Source: Squalus acanthias
Taxonomy: Eukaryota
DNA: 64,000 bases
Assembly (NCBI GenBank): GCA_030390025.1
Contig: CM059431.1
Coordinates: forward strand, 101,062,001-101,126,000
Direction: 5' to 3'
Made by a program: the position numbers and the translations under genes. Positions within the stretch are counted from its first letter, which is position 1; every line of letters begins with the position of its first letter. Shown here piece by piece: positions 1 to 13,890 of the stretch. Below the pieces are notes generated by a model. That model was given only the letters and a program-made list of their open reading frames with translations. It was not told where the DNA came from and made no database searches.

Positions 1-458
1 AAGAAAAAAAGACTTGCATTTATATAGCACCTTTCACGACGACCGGACGTCTCAAAGCGCTTAACAGCCAATGAAGTATTTTTGAAGCAATGTGGGAAAC
101 GCGGCAGCCAATTTGTGCACAGCAAGCTCCCACAAACAGCAATGTGATAATGACCAGATAATCTGTTTTTTGTTTTGTTGGTTGAGGGATAACTATTGGG
201 CCCAGGACACCGGGGATAACTCCCCTGCTCTTCTTCGAAATAGTGCCATGGGATCTTTACGTCCACCTGAGAAAGCAGACAGGGCCTCGGTTTAACGTCT
301 CATCCGAAAGACGGCACCTCCGACAGTGCAGCACTCCCTCAGCACTGCACTAGGAGTATCAGCCTAGCTTTATGTGCATAAGTCCCTGGAGTGGGACTTG
401 AACCCACAACCTTCTGACTCAGAGGCGAGTGTGCTACCAACTGAGCCACAGCCGACAC
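1..458 (-). mobile_element. tRNA-derived Deu-domain SINE (SacSINE1-like), near full length
   Basis: tRNA head with B box (GGTTCAAGTCCC), Deu core GGTGCCGTCTTTCGGATGAGACGTTAAACCGAGG, tail ...CTATATAAATGCAAGTC. Confidence 0.85.
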
Positions 459-460
459 TT

Positions 461-1050
461 ACTGCAATTATATAGGGCCCTGGTGAGACCACACCTGGAG
501 TATTGTGTACAGTTTTGGTCTCCTTACCTAAGGAAGGATATACTTGCCATAGAGCGAGTGCAATGAAGGTTCACCAGACTGGTTCCTGGGATGGGGGGGA
601 TGTCCTATGAGGAAAGATTGAGTAGACTAGGCTTATATTCTCTAGAGTTTAGAAGAATGAGAGGTGATCTCATTGAAACATACAAAATTCTTACAGGACT
701 TGACAGTGTAGATGCAGGGAGGATGTTTCCCCTGGCTGGGGAGTCTAGAACCAGGGGTCACAGTCTCAGAACAAGGGGTCAGCCATTTAGGATTGAGATG
801 AGGAGAAATTTCTTCACTCAGAGGGTGGTGAATCTTTGGAATTCTCTACCCCAGAGGGCTGTGGAGGCTCAGTCGTCGAGTGTATTCAAGACAGAGATCA
901 ATAGATTTTTGAATATTAAGGGATTCAAGGGATATGGGGATAGTGCAGGGAAGTGGAGATGAGGTAGAAGATCAGCCATGATCTTATTAAATGGCAGAGC
1001 AGGCTCAAAGGGCCAAATGGCCGACTCCTGCTCCTATTTCTTATGCTCTT
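461..1050 (+). mobile_element. CR1 LINE 3' fragment
   Basis: ORF2 C-terminus (YEERLSRLGLYSLEFRRMRGDLIE...WNSLP) plus CR1 3' UTR. Confidence 0.92.
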
Positions 1051-1689
1051 AATCAGTCTTAATTAGAAACGCTGGTCAATTCTAGCATGTTTGAACCCTT
1101 TATCTGTGTCTAGGATTTCCTCCAATGTACAGATTAACCTTTTTAGCCAAGCCAAATTGCCTGTACTGTATCCAGGATGACTAACCTTCCTACAAACATG
1201 TCCAAAATCCCCCGAGCTTTCCCAGAGTTGTATAGGTTTATTCACCAGTGTGAAAAATTCCATATTCTAATGGCTTGACATGGAGTATCTGTTTCTATAA
1301 TAAAGAGGATATAAACTAGGAAGAATCAATATCCTCATTCCCATAAAAGCTTTTTTTAAACACAGCAAAATAACATTTAAACAGAAAATATTTGCAACTC
1401 ACAAAGCCTACTTATATCAATTCTGAAAAAGGCTCTGATGAGAACATTCAAGAACAAGGAAAGGTCACTTAACCAAGTCCTGGAGTAGAGCTTCAAAGCA
1501 CAACCCTCTGACTCAGCAGGCTCAAGTGCTGCTAACTGAGCAAGACTGACACTTGAAAAGGAGTTTAAATGAAAACAAATGAAAGTAGCTCTTACTTTAA
1601 CAATATTTACCAAATATAATTCCAGATGGTCTTTATTTGTCCAAAAACAGGGACAAAATTTTGGGAAACAATTTGAGAATGTCATTAAA

Positions 1690-2308
1690 AAAGCTTTATT
1701 AATAGGGGCATACAGTACAAAAGCAAGGAAGTTATGATCAACCTTTATGAAACACTGGTTGGGCCTCAGCTGGAGTATTGTGTTCAATTGTTGGCACAGC
1801 ACTTTAGGAAGGATGTCAAGGCCTTGGAGAGGGTGCAGAGGAGATTTACTGGAATGGTACCAGGGATGAGCCACTTCGGTAATCTGGAGAGACTGGAGAA
1901 GCTGGGATTGTTCTCCTTAGAGCAGAGAAGGTTAAGAGGATATTTGATAGAGGTGTTCAACAGTTTTGCTAGAATAAATAAGGAGAAGCTGTTTCCTTTG
2001 GCAGGATGTTCAGTAACCAGAGGACACAGATTTAAGGCGATAGGCAAAAGAACCAGAGGCGACAAGGATTTTTTTTTTTTTTACGCAGCGAGTTGTTGTG
2101 ATCTGGAATGCATTCCCTGAAAGGGCGGTGGAAGCAGATTCAATAGTAACTTTCAAAAGGGAATTAGATAAATACTTGAAAGGAAAAATTTACAGAGCTA
2201 TGGGGAAAGAGCCAAGGAGCGGGACTAATTGGAGAGCTCTTTCAAAGAGCTGGCACAGGAGCGATGGTCCAAATGGCCTTCTTCTATGCTGTATCATTCT
2301 ACGATTCC
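1690..2308 (+). mobile_element. CR1 LINE 3' fragment (second subfamily)
   Basis: LYETLVGPQLEYCVQ...LEKLGLFSLEQRRLRG; ATTCT-type tail. Confidence 0.9.
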
Positions 2309-2844
2309 AAGAAAGAATTTGCATTTGTATAGAGCCTTTCACAACCTCAAAGTGGTTTACGACAAGTACTTTTTAAAGTGTCGTCACTGTTGTAATGTAG
2401 GAAATACGGCAGCCAACTCGCGCACACAGTTCAGCCCAATCTCCCACTTCAGAGAGGGTTGCTGACCTTTCCCTATATTACCGTGGGATTACAAATAGTG
2501 ACGAGACACTTCCTCACAGGGAGCGAGTGCTGCTTAAGTTGACCACTAGGAAGTGGCCAACAGCAGACACCTGGGAATATTTCACTTGCTTGTTCTCAGT
2601 GGCAAGCGATACATGACCTGTAGGGAGAAAGAAAACGGATATCCAGAAAGGCAACATTTATTGGGTATACGAAAAGTTACTATTTAAAAAAAAATCGAAT
2701 CATAGGGAATGGATCTTCTATATAAAATAAAAGTTTGCATCATGTCCTTGTGTCATTTTACCAGTTAGAATGAACTGAAAAAAAAGGAAGTACGAATAGG
2801 ATTATTTCTAGTTTTGAAAAGCTTGCCCAAATCAGTCATCAGAT

Positions 2845-3210
2845 ATATTGCCATAGGGACCAAAACTAGGGGCCATAAATATAAGATAGTCACTAATAAA
2901 TCCGAATGGGAATTCAGAAGAAACTTCTTTACCCAGAGAGTGGTGAGAATGTGGAACTCGCTACCACAGGGAGTGGTTGAGGCGAATAACATAAATGTAT
3001 TTAAGATGGCAATACAGCGATGCCCACATCCTGTGAAGGAATACATTTTTTTTAAACGGGGAAGCTAGATGAGTACGAGGGCGAAAGGAATAGAAGGTTA
3101 TGCTGATAGGGTGAGATGAAGTAGTGGTGGGAGGAGGCTGGTGTGGAGCAGAAACCAGTTGGGCCGCATGGCCTGTTTCTCTGCTCTACATTGTATGTAA
3201 TTCTATGAAA
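2845..3210 (+). mobile_element. CR1 3' fragment
   Basis: TRGHKYKI...RNFFTQRVVRMWNSLP and tail. Confidence 0.85.
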
Positions 3211-4859
3211 GGGAACAGAGTTTACTCCAATTTACCCATTGTTGTTGCTACTTCCCCTTCGGCAAACTCAAGAAATACTTGTAAAATAGATAAGTGCACA
3301 ACATATTCAATTAATTCACTTTCTGTAGTGTTCATTAATGCAGGTTTGTGAACATGTTCATTACATTACCAGTGTAAAGAGGACTACACCAGAGGGAGAC
3401 ACTAATAGAACTGATGCTAATATGGACACATCAAGCTTGTTAAACTGCAGGGAGCTGAATTGCAAAAGACTTGACGTGAATCCTTCTTAAAACTGGATTA
3501 ATTAAAAAAAAAACAGCAAAGCAACTTCAATCTGTGATATTGTAATATTGCGTAGACCATTAAAAGCAACCAATTTAATTTTCAGCAAAAATCAGTGCCG
3601 TTAAATCAAAAGTGACATGAAAGAGTCTATTATTAAGAAAATGTCCAGTCCAAGAACAAAAATAAGATTTGAAATCATTAGGAGATCAAGAATTAATGAA
3701 GCTCAGATGTAAAGAATTGGGACATTAGAAAAATGACTGGGGGAAATGCTAGCTAAGCAATATACCACCAGAGCACACAAAAGAATTAAATGGCTCCAGA
3801 ACACAAAATGAAAGAGGCAAAGGTGCTTACATAACTAGCACATCCAGGAATCGCGTGCATCAAATTATAATGCTTCATGGAATTTTTGTACTCTTTCTGT
3901 TGCAACTATTCTCTTTATTTTTAGGTAATGCTAAGTACATTAAAGTAAGCATTACATAGTATTTACAGCACAGAAACAGGCCATTCGACCCAACTGGTCT
4001 ATGCCGGCCGGTGTTTATGCTCCATACGAGCCTCCTCCTACCCTACTTCATCTCACCCACGTGTTTATTTAGCTTCCGCTTATGCTATTCGCCTCAACCA
4101 TTCCATGTGGTAGAGACTTCCACATTCTAACCACTCTTTGGATAAAATCTTTACAAAATTTATTTTATAAAATACAAAAAGCATACACTAGGTATTGGAA
4201 TGGGAATGCAACTTCTGTTATTGGCAAAGTCAAAATGGTCCACATAATGGACAGAATGTTCATCAATTGACAGTGTTAAAAAACCTTACTCCAAGTTGTT
4301 AATATATTACAACCCCGGCATAAGGCAAGCAGAAGCTAGTGTTCTACTCATGCAGTTGCGGAATCATTGGATTATTGTAGGATTACCAGCAGTAATGCAC
4401 ATTAGAGCTACCATTATTCTTCAAAGTGACACCATTCTATATCATCAGTTCGGAACATAGGAATAGGAGGAGGCCATTCAGCCCCTCGAGCCTGTTCCGC
4501 CGCCATTCAATGAGACCATGGCTGATCTGTATCTTAACTCCATCTACCCGCCTTGGTTCCGAAACCCTAAATACCCTTTACCTAACAAGGGTTATTTGTG
4601 ATCAAGAGAATTTAACAGTGAATTACATTTTTAAACAGTGGATGGAATTGAAGTGAGAACATGGGATATGTTTTGGAGCAAAGTCTGCCATTTTATACCA
4701 GAGTGAATGGTGGATGTAGGGAACTCCAAAACAACAGTCTGACACAGAAACTATATTAATACTTCTTGTCAGAACTTTTTTTTTTAAACTTAAAAAAAAT
4801 ATTAAGTAGATCTGAAAAAATGCAAGAATGACTTTTTGCCACTTAACAGACGTGCAAAT

Positions 4860-5325
4860 AAGAACATAAGAATTAGGAGGAGTAAGCCATACGGCCCTTC
4901 AAGCCTGCAACGCCATTCAATAAGATCATGGCTGATCTTTGACCTCAACTCCACTTCCCCGCCCGATCCCCATATCCCTTGATTCACCGATAGTCCAAAA
5001 ATCTATCGACCTCAGCCTTGAATATACTCAACGACTCAGCATCCACAGCCCTCTGGGGCAGAGAATTCCAAAGATTCACCACCCTCTGAGAGAAGAAATT
5101 CCTCCTCATCTCAGTCTTAAATGGCCGACCCCTTATCCTGAGACTGTGACCCCCTAGTTCTGGACTCCCCAGCCAGGGGAAACAACCTCTCAGCATCTAC
5201 CCTGTCAATCCCCCTTAGAATCTTGTATGTTTCAATGAGATCACCTCTCATTCTTCTAAACTCCAGAGTATAGGCCCAATCTACTCATTCTCTCCTCTTA
5301 GGACAGCCCTCTTATCCCAGGCACC
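4860..5325 (-). mobile_element. CR1 3' fragment (shorter CR1 tails also at ~3950-4145 and ~4453-4590)
   Basis: Reverse complement closely matches the 461-1050 copy. Confidence 0.9.
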
Positions 5326-5529
5326 ATGACAAATTCTCCTGACCAGAAGCTCGGATTTAATCTTTTACCATCTTAAATTATTAGCTTTAGAATCACGATT
5401 TTTAAAAAGAGTTTTGATTAGCACCACATAGCATATTAAAAGAAAAACACAATTATTCCATCTTTAACTCTTACCAGGAATTTTCTAAATCAATAAGGCA
5501 ATAGATGAAAAACTATTTTTTTTTTTTTT

Positions 5530-7284
5530 TACACAAGGTTTATCCAAGAGATTGTACATTTTCAAATTGAATGATTCAGAGGCACAGTGTTAGCCAGGCA
5601 AAGGGTCATCCCAATTCATTAAAAAATATAAAGATACAGCATTCAACAATGACCAATCATCCCATTAAAAAAAGTGTCTACCTATTAAACAAAAACAGCA
5701 CAACATTCCTTCACAATCATAATGAATATTCAAGCTATTCTTCACAAATGAAATTAGCATTGCTTCCAGTCATAGAAAACATTATTTACATTAAAAAAAT
5801 ATTCCTAAGCAAATAAAGTAAAATCTTCAAATAACCTTCACAAACTGATCAAGAATCACTAAAATAGGCCTTCCCCGCCAAATATAGATCTCAAATCAAC
5901 GCAAAGCAAAATGATTCCTTTTAATTTGTTAAAGTAGTATTAAGTATGTGGAACATGAAGGAAACAAACATGGAAAATGGTTAGGAGTGTGGCAGAAATA
6001 TATTTTCAACTTTCCATTGTTCTTTTTCCCTCCTCTTCTCCAGTGCCCACGAGCCTCCCGCCTTCTCCAGCGTGCTACTCTCCTTTACGCCTTCCAATCC
6101 GATTTACTCCTTTGCCTTTTTAAAGCGTCACAGGGTGACACAGCAAGATTGGAATTGGAGAAAAATTGCTTCTCGGTAAAATCGGAGTTTGCAAAAACGA
6201 AGTCGAGGTAAGATGGAGGGGAGGCAGCTAAAACGATGTTAGGAAAATATGAAAAGGCAATTTTTGTTGTTGTTGGGTGGGGCAGCTAATAGCGCGGAAG
6301 AAGCAGGAATAACGATCTTTTTCGGGTACTGATGAGAAAGTAGAGAAGTGCTGCAACCTATGAAGCCAGTCAGGAACTCCTGGGGCTTTAAATTCTTTGA
6401 TTCTAGGTTTCTGAACTCTTTAAAAAAAAAAAGATCATTGGATGTCTATATATTGTTCATTCTGCTCCTATGTGATTGATCAACCATTCTCACGGTGACA
6501 GTCAACTATAAGGAGGTAGCATCGCCAGCATCACCACACCAATAAATTATATTACTTTCTGAAAACAATGGCCTTGAAATTATGCCCTGGGATACTAGTG
6601 TATGAATCGTTAACACGTTCATCTGAAGTGCCTTCCTCCGCTACTGTAATAGGAGGCATTAAAAATGGGTCAATGCCTCATGCTAACAAGGCAAAAGGAA
6701 TGTCACACAAACGCCTTAACTGCCCGCACACTTATTACATTATAATTTCAAGACCAATTAATAAACAATAAGGAAAGTAGAAAAGTGGAAAGAGTCACAA
6801 GTAACAAAAAACATTTTCGGTTAAGCAATTAGAAAGTAGGTTTTGGGCTTTTTTTTCTAAGTTTTTGCTTTCTTGAATGTACAGGTATTTTGAATATTAA
6901 CGATCTCTATTCCCAGTAGAAAGTGTATACCACAATTTACAAAAGCATTATTGTGTCATACGCGCCTTTCTAAGCAATTGTGCAAAAAGTATAATATATA
7001 AACAAAGAGGCAATGGAAATTAAAGACAAATCCCAAGCATAACTGATTCAACATAAAAAGGTAAACTGGACAGATTTTCCTCCGAACCAAACAAGTGTCC
7101 AATCATTCCAAAATGATTTATATATTCTAACACGTTTAGAATACAAAATATAAATGCTGTGCCAGTATTTTGTACAATAGTTCTTCTGATTCACCCAGAT
7201 TCTTCCATGTGCTGGTTATCAAATCAATTCGGTAAACACAAGGTCTGTTAAACATACGTACATTTCCCCAAAAAGGTAGTTCTT
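5530..7284 (-). other. TM9SF2: Probable TM9SF2 3' UTR (end uncertain)
   Basis: AT-rich stretch after the stop with no recognisable LINE/SINE; variant signals ATTAAA (~5920) and GATAAA (~5540, followed by a genomic A-run); true end not determinable. Confidence 0.4.
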
Positions 7285-7352
7285 TTAATCCACCTTGACA
7301 ACGCTGTAGATCTTGGACACAAACCAAAAACATGCGAAAAACCCAATAGTTC
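7285..7352 (-). CDS. TM9SF2: TM9SF2 exon 17 coding part (GTIGFFACFWFVSKIYSVVKVD*)
   Basis: 68 nt, tcag|GA ... GAT TAA. Confidence 0.96.
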
Positions 7353-8495
7353 CTGAAAGAAAACATAGAGCTTCTAAAATAAAATGTCTGCAGACATCAA
7401 TGATGTTCAGGTGCACAAAAAAGGCAACAGCACTTAATTTAATTTTGTTATTAATTTTTTAGGCTTCTTCAACAGTGACTCATGCTAAGAAACACAAATG
7501 ATATCATAATTTTTCATGCTCTTCAAAACCACTGATGTTTTACCAGCTCATTGCCTATGATACCTTGCTACCAACCCAGCTGTGAATCAAAGAGATCTAT
7601 CTTGCAGCTAGTGGCATTCTGCCTGCTGAGGCTGACCAATGACCTGGAATGCAACAGCAATGCTGGTGCCTACAGCAAGTAAATCACTGACTTAACAGCA
7701 GGGCACCACCAGAAACTACAGCACTGAACATCTTCTGAATCTGTCTTTTCCTCTTAGCTGAATAAACATATGTAGAGTATTTGTGACACGGGTTCGTGCA
7801 CCATCAGCTACGACAAGAGTAGAATTACAGATTTATCCTTGTAGCTTTTCATATCCCCAAACCACCACTATAGGCAATGTGCTCAGTTCTGAATGGAAAG
7901 CCTTTCCTCCCATCTATGGGATGGCCAAACACATTTCATTAACGGTATGTTAAATAAAGAGATTGCTTATAATTTAAAGCCACAAGTAGAATAGGAAATG
8001 ATTTTCTGGCCGCATTTACAAATGAGGTTTCTCTCCTTTAGAGATCATGTACTTCTGGACGTGGCACTTGTGACTGGAATCAGAAGCTATAAATAAGAAG
8101 TCCGCCTTCGAGTTAGCAGAATGCTCCCCTGAACAGGCGTTCTGTAGGGATGCTTCTGTAACGACAGCTGCAGAACCCTTGAACAAAACAAAAAAAAGTG
8201 GAGTTCCCTCTTAAAAGGAAACCAACTAAATTTATTTATGTATCCAAATCTCAACACCCCAATAGGTTAGTTCTGCATCTTCGAAATCCAATTGGGGTCG
8301 TTAATACTACTTTTTTACCTCACATATTAAAACATTGTAATCAACCATCACTTTTCTCACTACTGCTGCATTCAGACAATTACACTGCAATTACAGCTGG
8401 CTGCAAGGAAGTAAAACAGCCTTTCTTCCCATATAACTGCCGACAGCAAATTTAACATTTCAATTCCGGTTTGTTTGGAGATGAAGCTAAATGAG

Positions 8496-8947
8496 GTGTC
8501 AGCCATGGCTCACTGGGTAGCACTCTCGCCTGAGTCAGAAGGTTGTGGGTTCAAGTCCCCCTCCAGAGACTTGAGCACATAATCTAGGCCGGCGCTCCCA
8601 CTGCAGTACCGAGGGAGTGCTTCTCTCTTGGAGGTGCCGTCTTTCAGATAAGACGTTAAACCGAGGCCCCGTCTGCTCTCTCAGGTGGACGTAAAAGATC
8701 CCACGGCCACTATTTCGATCACGAGCAGGGGAGCTCTCCCAATATCTATCTCTCAACCAACATCACTAAAACATATTATCTGGTCATGATCACATTGCTG
8801 CTTGTGGGAGCTTGCTGTGCGCAAATTGGCTGTCACGTTTCCTACATTACAATCAATTAAGTACTTCTGAAATGTTGTAAAGCGGTCTGGGATGTCCTGA
8901 GGTTGTGAAAGACGCTATATAAATGCAAGTCTTTCTATTTTTTTTCT
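8496..8947 (+). mobile_element. Deu-domain tRNA SINE, near full length (intron 16)
   Basis: A/B box head, Deu core and tail. Confidence 0.88.
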
Positions 8948-9544
8948 TAAATATTCACTCGAGTTCCACAACTCATTTATAAATAGCAAAAATTTGGCCA
9001 AAATTGCCTAACCAAATAAATACTTCATCCAAAATCTTGTAATAATCTTAATAAAAAACAAAATTATGCCTGCATATATACACAGGATACTGAATGCATG
9101 TCAGTTGGTTAAAAGGAGATCTAATCAAAGGGGCTGGGATAATGCCAAATTGAGAAAGTGAAGTTTAAGAGCTTTACTGACTGAATTATCACCTTAAAAT
9201 TCCAGTCAGACATTTTAAAAAGAGGGGAAATTTTCTAACATCTAAAACCACACTTTCTGTGATACGCCAGTGCAAGGTTGCGATTTAGGACCTCACAAAA
9301 CATGTGACCCTGGATGATAAAATTCCTGCGTTTCACTATTTGCCGTAGAACAGAGTATTCAATGGTTAGAAGAGATTCGGATCTTATTTGTAAAATATGG
9401 TCAGAGCCTGCGAAAGCACGCCTCAGAAAAGGAGCCAATACTTCCAAGGAGGGGAGTAGAGGGGATGGGAAACACTGAAATAAAGACTATGACATTCAAT
9501 AGAGGTAAGTACCAGTCTGCAAGGAATTGTTCTCAACAGCTTAC

Positions 9545-9716
9545 CTGTGAAAAGGAAAAAGATCAACACCATTATCATTGTGTATCCAAAGTACAAAATG
9601 ATGCTGGCAGTGCCAGTTATCTGGAGTTTGGAATAGAAATAATGGACTGCGTACATAAAAAAATATATTGCTGTAAACCCACTAGTTAGGAACGATCGCC
9701 ACTGCCAGTGGTAGTC
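9545..9716 (-). CDS. TM9SF2: TM9SF2 exon 16 (DYHWQWRSFLTSG...LIFFLFT)
   Basis: 172 nt, tcag|GAC ... G|gtaagc. Confidence 0.96.
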
Positions 9717-9944
9717 CTGAAATGATAAAGAACAAAATCTATTAAAAAAAAAGATATTTGAGGATATAAGAGGATCACATGCTTCCTTCACAGCCCCGCA
9801 ATAATGGATTCAAATTCAAACGCTTGACTGGTCCGCAGATCCAGCAGCAACACAGGAGATAAACACCAGCTCCCAGGCAGCATTGAGATTATGGAATGGG
9901 GAGAATGGAGAGAGAACTCACTGCCCAGGAAACAGGTCCCTTTA

Positions 9945-10335
9945 AAACACTGCATTCCCTGAAATTTAGACGGTTAAGGGGTGATTTGATCGAAGTTTTC
10001 AAGACATCAAGGGGAACTGATAGAGTAGATAGAGAGAAATATTTCCGCCGGATGGGGAGTCTAGGACTAGGGGGCAAAGCCTAAAAGTAAGAGCCAGGCC
10101 TTTCAGGAGTGGAGTTAGGAAACACTTCTACACACAAAGGGTGGTAGAAGTTTGGAACTCTCTTCCGCAAACGGCAGTTGATGCTTGGTCAATTGTTAAT
10201 TTAAAATCTGAGATTGCTTGATTTTTGTTAACCAAAGGTATTAAGGGATATGGAGTTATGTCGCAGATCAGCCATGATCTCACTGAATGGCAGAGCAGGC
10301 TCGAGGGGCTGAATGGCCTCCTCCAGTTCCTATGT
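9945..10335 (+). mobile_element. CR1 3' fragment
   Basis: SLKFRRLRGDLIEVFK... and 3' UTR. Confidence 0.85.
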
Positions 10336-11794
10336 GTATCGCTGAGTGATCAGAAATCTAAGTATAACTTTATTTATGTCTACATTTAGGATGTTATGAC
10401 TACGTTTTTCCCTCTACACTTATTGCCCAGCAATAGGCAAACTGGAGTAAACTCTGTTCCCTTTCATAGAATTATATAGACTGCACGGCACAGAAACAGG
10501 CCAGTCGGCCCAACAGGACTATGCCGCTGTTTCTGCTCCACATGAGCCTCCTCCCACCCATCTGCATCTCACCCCATCAGCATATCCTTCTCTTCCTTTC
10601 TCCCCCATGGGTTGCTAATTTCTTTTACACCTGATTGCAGTTTTGTGAAAGTGATCGGGAGTGTGTCTTGTTGAAATAAATGGTGTGTGTTATTCTGAAC
10701 TCCACAATTAGTTCCTACAGGTAGGATAAATATTTAGCACGTCACTGGATGGGGGGGGTTTGGAGAATTAAAGAAAGAGTGCTTTAGTTCTCCCGCATGG
10801 CATGATTACCCCTTTGTACTTTAAACAGTTAATGAGATTACCTTAATCCCACACAAGCTTCAAAAAAACTACAACTGTGCATTATTTTGCATATTATTGG
10901 CATCCAGCTGCAGAAATTAAAACCCGGCTTAGAAAGTTCAAAGATTTTTTTTTTTTAAATGGACAAAAATTTCTCAACGGCATCAACTGTGTCACTTCAT
11001 CACCTTCATATATTTACATTTAAAATGGTACCCAGCTCCCAAGAAAGCCCTTTGTAACAAAACTTTATCAATTTTCTAAGTGTTTTCTAATTGTAGCACA
11101 CAGGTTTTGTAACTTTTAAACAGAATTACAGAAATGCACAGAACCATCTCTTCAATTTTCTTCAATTAAATACAGTAATTTAATATTTGACTTGGTTGCG
11201 AAGAAAGCAAATCTCGTGCAATAATGATGCAACCAAAAGCCACGCTGACTAGAGTTCACTGCTGCTGTTGAATTATCTAGTATACAATTAGCACTATTTA
11301 ACTTTTTGCCTTCTTCCTCAAATGCTTGCAACTCTTCGCTTAAGGTTTAATCAATCCACAACATGTCCTGACGCACTAGAATGAAATCCAAGATTATACA
11401 GGGCAGTTTGCTTTATCATTGAATTGCACATTAAAATTTATTCACTTCAAAGAGGTGTGTGTGTATACAGTAACTCTCTTATGCATACATCAATTCAGTA
11501 CAAAACCGGTCTCAGATGTGAGCGCGGAGAATATTGAAGGAGTAAGTTTAAAAAATTGATTTTTTTTGTTGGGTTTAAAGTGTGACCTTGTAACAACTGA
11601 CATCCTTTTGATGCATGCAGTGTTCAAATCGGAGTTAGGCCACGTGGAGAATTAACTCGCACATACGTATTTTACATCAGATTGTTCACAAAGAAATAAT
11701 ATATACCATGAAATGTACTATTTCTAAAATACTAAACTTTACATTTCGTCGTAGAAGAGGAATATCAAAACAAAAATATCTTTCACAAAACCTT

Positions 11795-12275
11795 CAAGAA
11801 CATAAGAATTAGTAGCAGGAGTCGGCCATACAGCCCCTCAAGCCTGCTCCACCATTCAATAAGATCATGGCTGATCTTTGACCTCAACTCCACCTCTCCG
11901 CACTATCCCCATATCCCTTGATTCCCCTGGAGTCCAGAAATCTATCTATCTCAGCCTTGAATATACTCAATGAGTCAGTATCCACAGCCCTCTGGGGTAG
12001 AGAATTCCAAAGATTCACAACACTCTGCGTGAAGAAATTCCCCCTCATCTCAGTCTTAAATGACCGACCCCTTATCCTGAGACTGTGACCTCTAGTTCTA
12101 GACTCCCCCAGCCAGGGGCGAAACAACCTCTCAGCATCTACCTTGTCAATCCCCCTCAGAATGTTGTATGTTTCAATGAAATCACCTCAAATTCTTCTAA
12201 ACTCCAGAGAGTATCGACCCAATCTACTCAATCTCTCCTCATAGGACAACCATCTCATCCCAGGAATCAATCTCG
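11795..12275 (-). mobile_element. CR1 3' fragment ending ~45 bp from the exon 15 donor
   Basis: ESRTRGHSLRIRG...WNSLPQRAV. Confidence 0.9.
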
Positions 12276-12318
12276 TGATTTTTAAGTAACTAGATAAATT
12301 ACTATCTTATGAACATAC

Positions 12319-12430
12319 CTCAGCACAAAGATGGAAATAGCAGAGAAGAACAGTCGCCTCCGAACAGGTGATGACGAGAATAATGAAGACCAGAAACAGG
12401 AAACCAAACATGTAGTACATCTGGTGAGAC
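12319..12430 (-). CDS. TM9SF2: TM9SF2 exon 15 ([37 protein letters not shown])
   Basis: 112 nt, gcag|GTC ... GAG|gtatgt. Confidence 0.96.
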
Positions 12431-12734
12431 CTGCAATGGTAGTGAAATTAGCCGGAGATACAGAAGGTGTACTTCATCAGAAAGCCAATTCCCATTAATT
12501 GAGCAACACAAATAATTTAACCTGCTGCAAAGTTGTGGAAAAGACATCTTCATTCTGTGATTAATATCGTAAAACACACAAAAATCTGAACTGCCCCATT
12601 CACAGGTAGAGTACCAAAGCTGCTTTGTATTTTTCTTTTTAAAAAGTGAACATACAAACAGATGCACCTATTGCATGAATAAAACTGTGAATACAATTGT
12701 ATTGCTGATTTTTCCCCCCCACAATAGGACTCAC

Positions 12735-12886
12735 CATATGCTATTGAGAATGAAGAATAGCTGAATGAAGATACATCCAAATGGCAGTATACCGCCCATA
12801 ACGATTCCAGGCAGAGACTTGGTGTAAAATGACTGGTCAGGGATCTGGCGTGGGATCTGATTGATGCGAACGGGATGCTCTATTGC
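12735..12886 (-). CDS. TM9SF2: TM9SF2 exon 14 (AIEHPVRINQIPRQIP...GGILPFGCIFIQLFFILNSIW)
   Basis: 152 nt, gcag|GCA ... TG|gtgagt. Confidence 0.96.
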
Positions 12887-13589
12887 CTGCAAGAGGAATT
12901 GCATTCAATGCTACCAGAGAGCTACTGATTCATACAAACAGAACTGAAATTGAGCCAGTCTCAACTGCTGTTTTAAGAAAAGCAACAATGTGCTACTGTT
13001 AAGGTCATAGTGATGCGACACAAGACAGACTGCCTGACACCCGAACCCGATCAATCTGTTCCTTTTCAGTAAATTGATGTAAATGGGGAGTGGTGGATAT
13101 AACATTTTACACAAGACCAGGGAAAGCCACTGATTAGTCAGTTTAAGACATCGTTCACCGCAGTAATTATCACAGATATCTGATTTTTTTTAAAAATAAA
13201 CGGATTCTCATTGAGTGGGAACCTGGATGATCCACAAGTTCAGATCTGATGTGGGATTATATTATCCATTTGGTAAATTGGTTGAACAATTTTTCTATCT
13301 TCTCACCACCATCCGCCCCGGCCATCGCAGGGTGTATAAGTTTTGGTAAATAAAATTTTAATAAATCTAGGCTCACCCCTTATTGTTCCATTCAAGGCAA
13401 ACTATCTTGAGCTGCTGAAGTTAGCTAGAACAACATTAACATGTGCTTGGGAGAGTCAACATCCTGAAAATGCATGCCCCTTGGCTTCTCTTTCAGATGA
13501 TGCACCCTCTAGGAGCTAAACATCACCAAATTCATCCCAAGCTGCCAATAACCTTGGATCAGGTTGCTGCAAATATAGCTGTCAAAATG

Positions 13590-13890
13590 GTGCGCCCGGC
13601 TTCTAACTACAAGGGGTCATAACCTTAAAATTAGAACTAGGCCGTTCAGGGGTGATGTCAGGAAGCACTTCGTCACACAGAGGGTGGTGGAAATCTGGAA
13701 CTCTCTCCCCCAAAATCTTGTTGAGGCTGGGGGTCAATTGAAAATTTCAAAACTGAGATTGATAAGACTTTTGTGAGGCAAGGGTATTAAGGGTTACGGA
13801 ACCAAGGTGGGTAAATGGAGTTAAGCTACAGATCAGTCATGATCTAACTGAATGGTGGAACAGGTTTGAGGGGCTGAACGGCCTTCCTAA
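13590..13890 (+). mobile_element. CR1 3' fragment
   Basis: Matches the 3' region of other CR1 copies in the window. Confidence 0.8.

Noticed and set aside
8112..8177. Possible alternative terminal exon in intron 16
   Set aside because: AAG acceptor, and the predicted peptide lacks the last TM helix and KVD; no support
8496..8570. tRNA-like A/B boxes (also near 390-458, 38695, 54115, 61720)
   Set aside because: These are SINE heads, mostly continuing into SINE body sequence; not tRNA genes
9235..9447. 70-aa intronic ORF near exon 16
   Set aside because: No recognisable homology; length is within chance expectation
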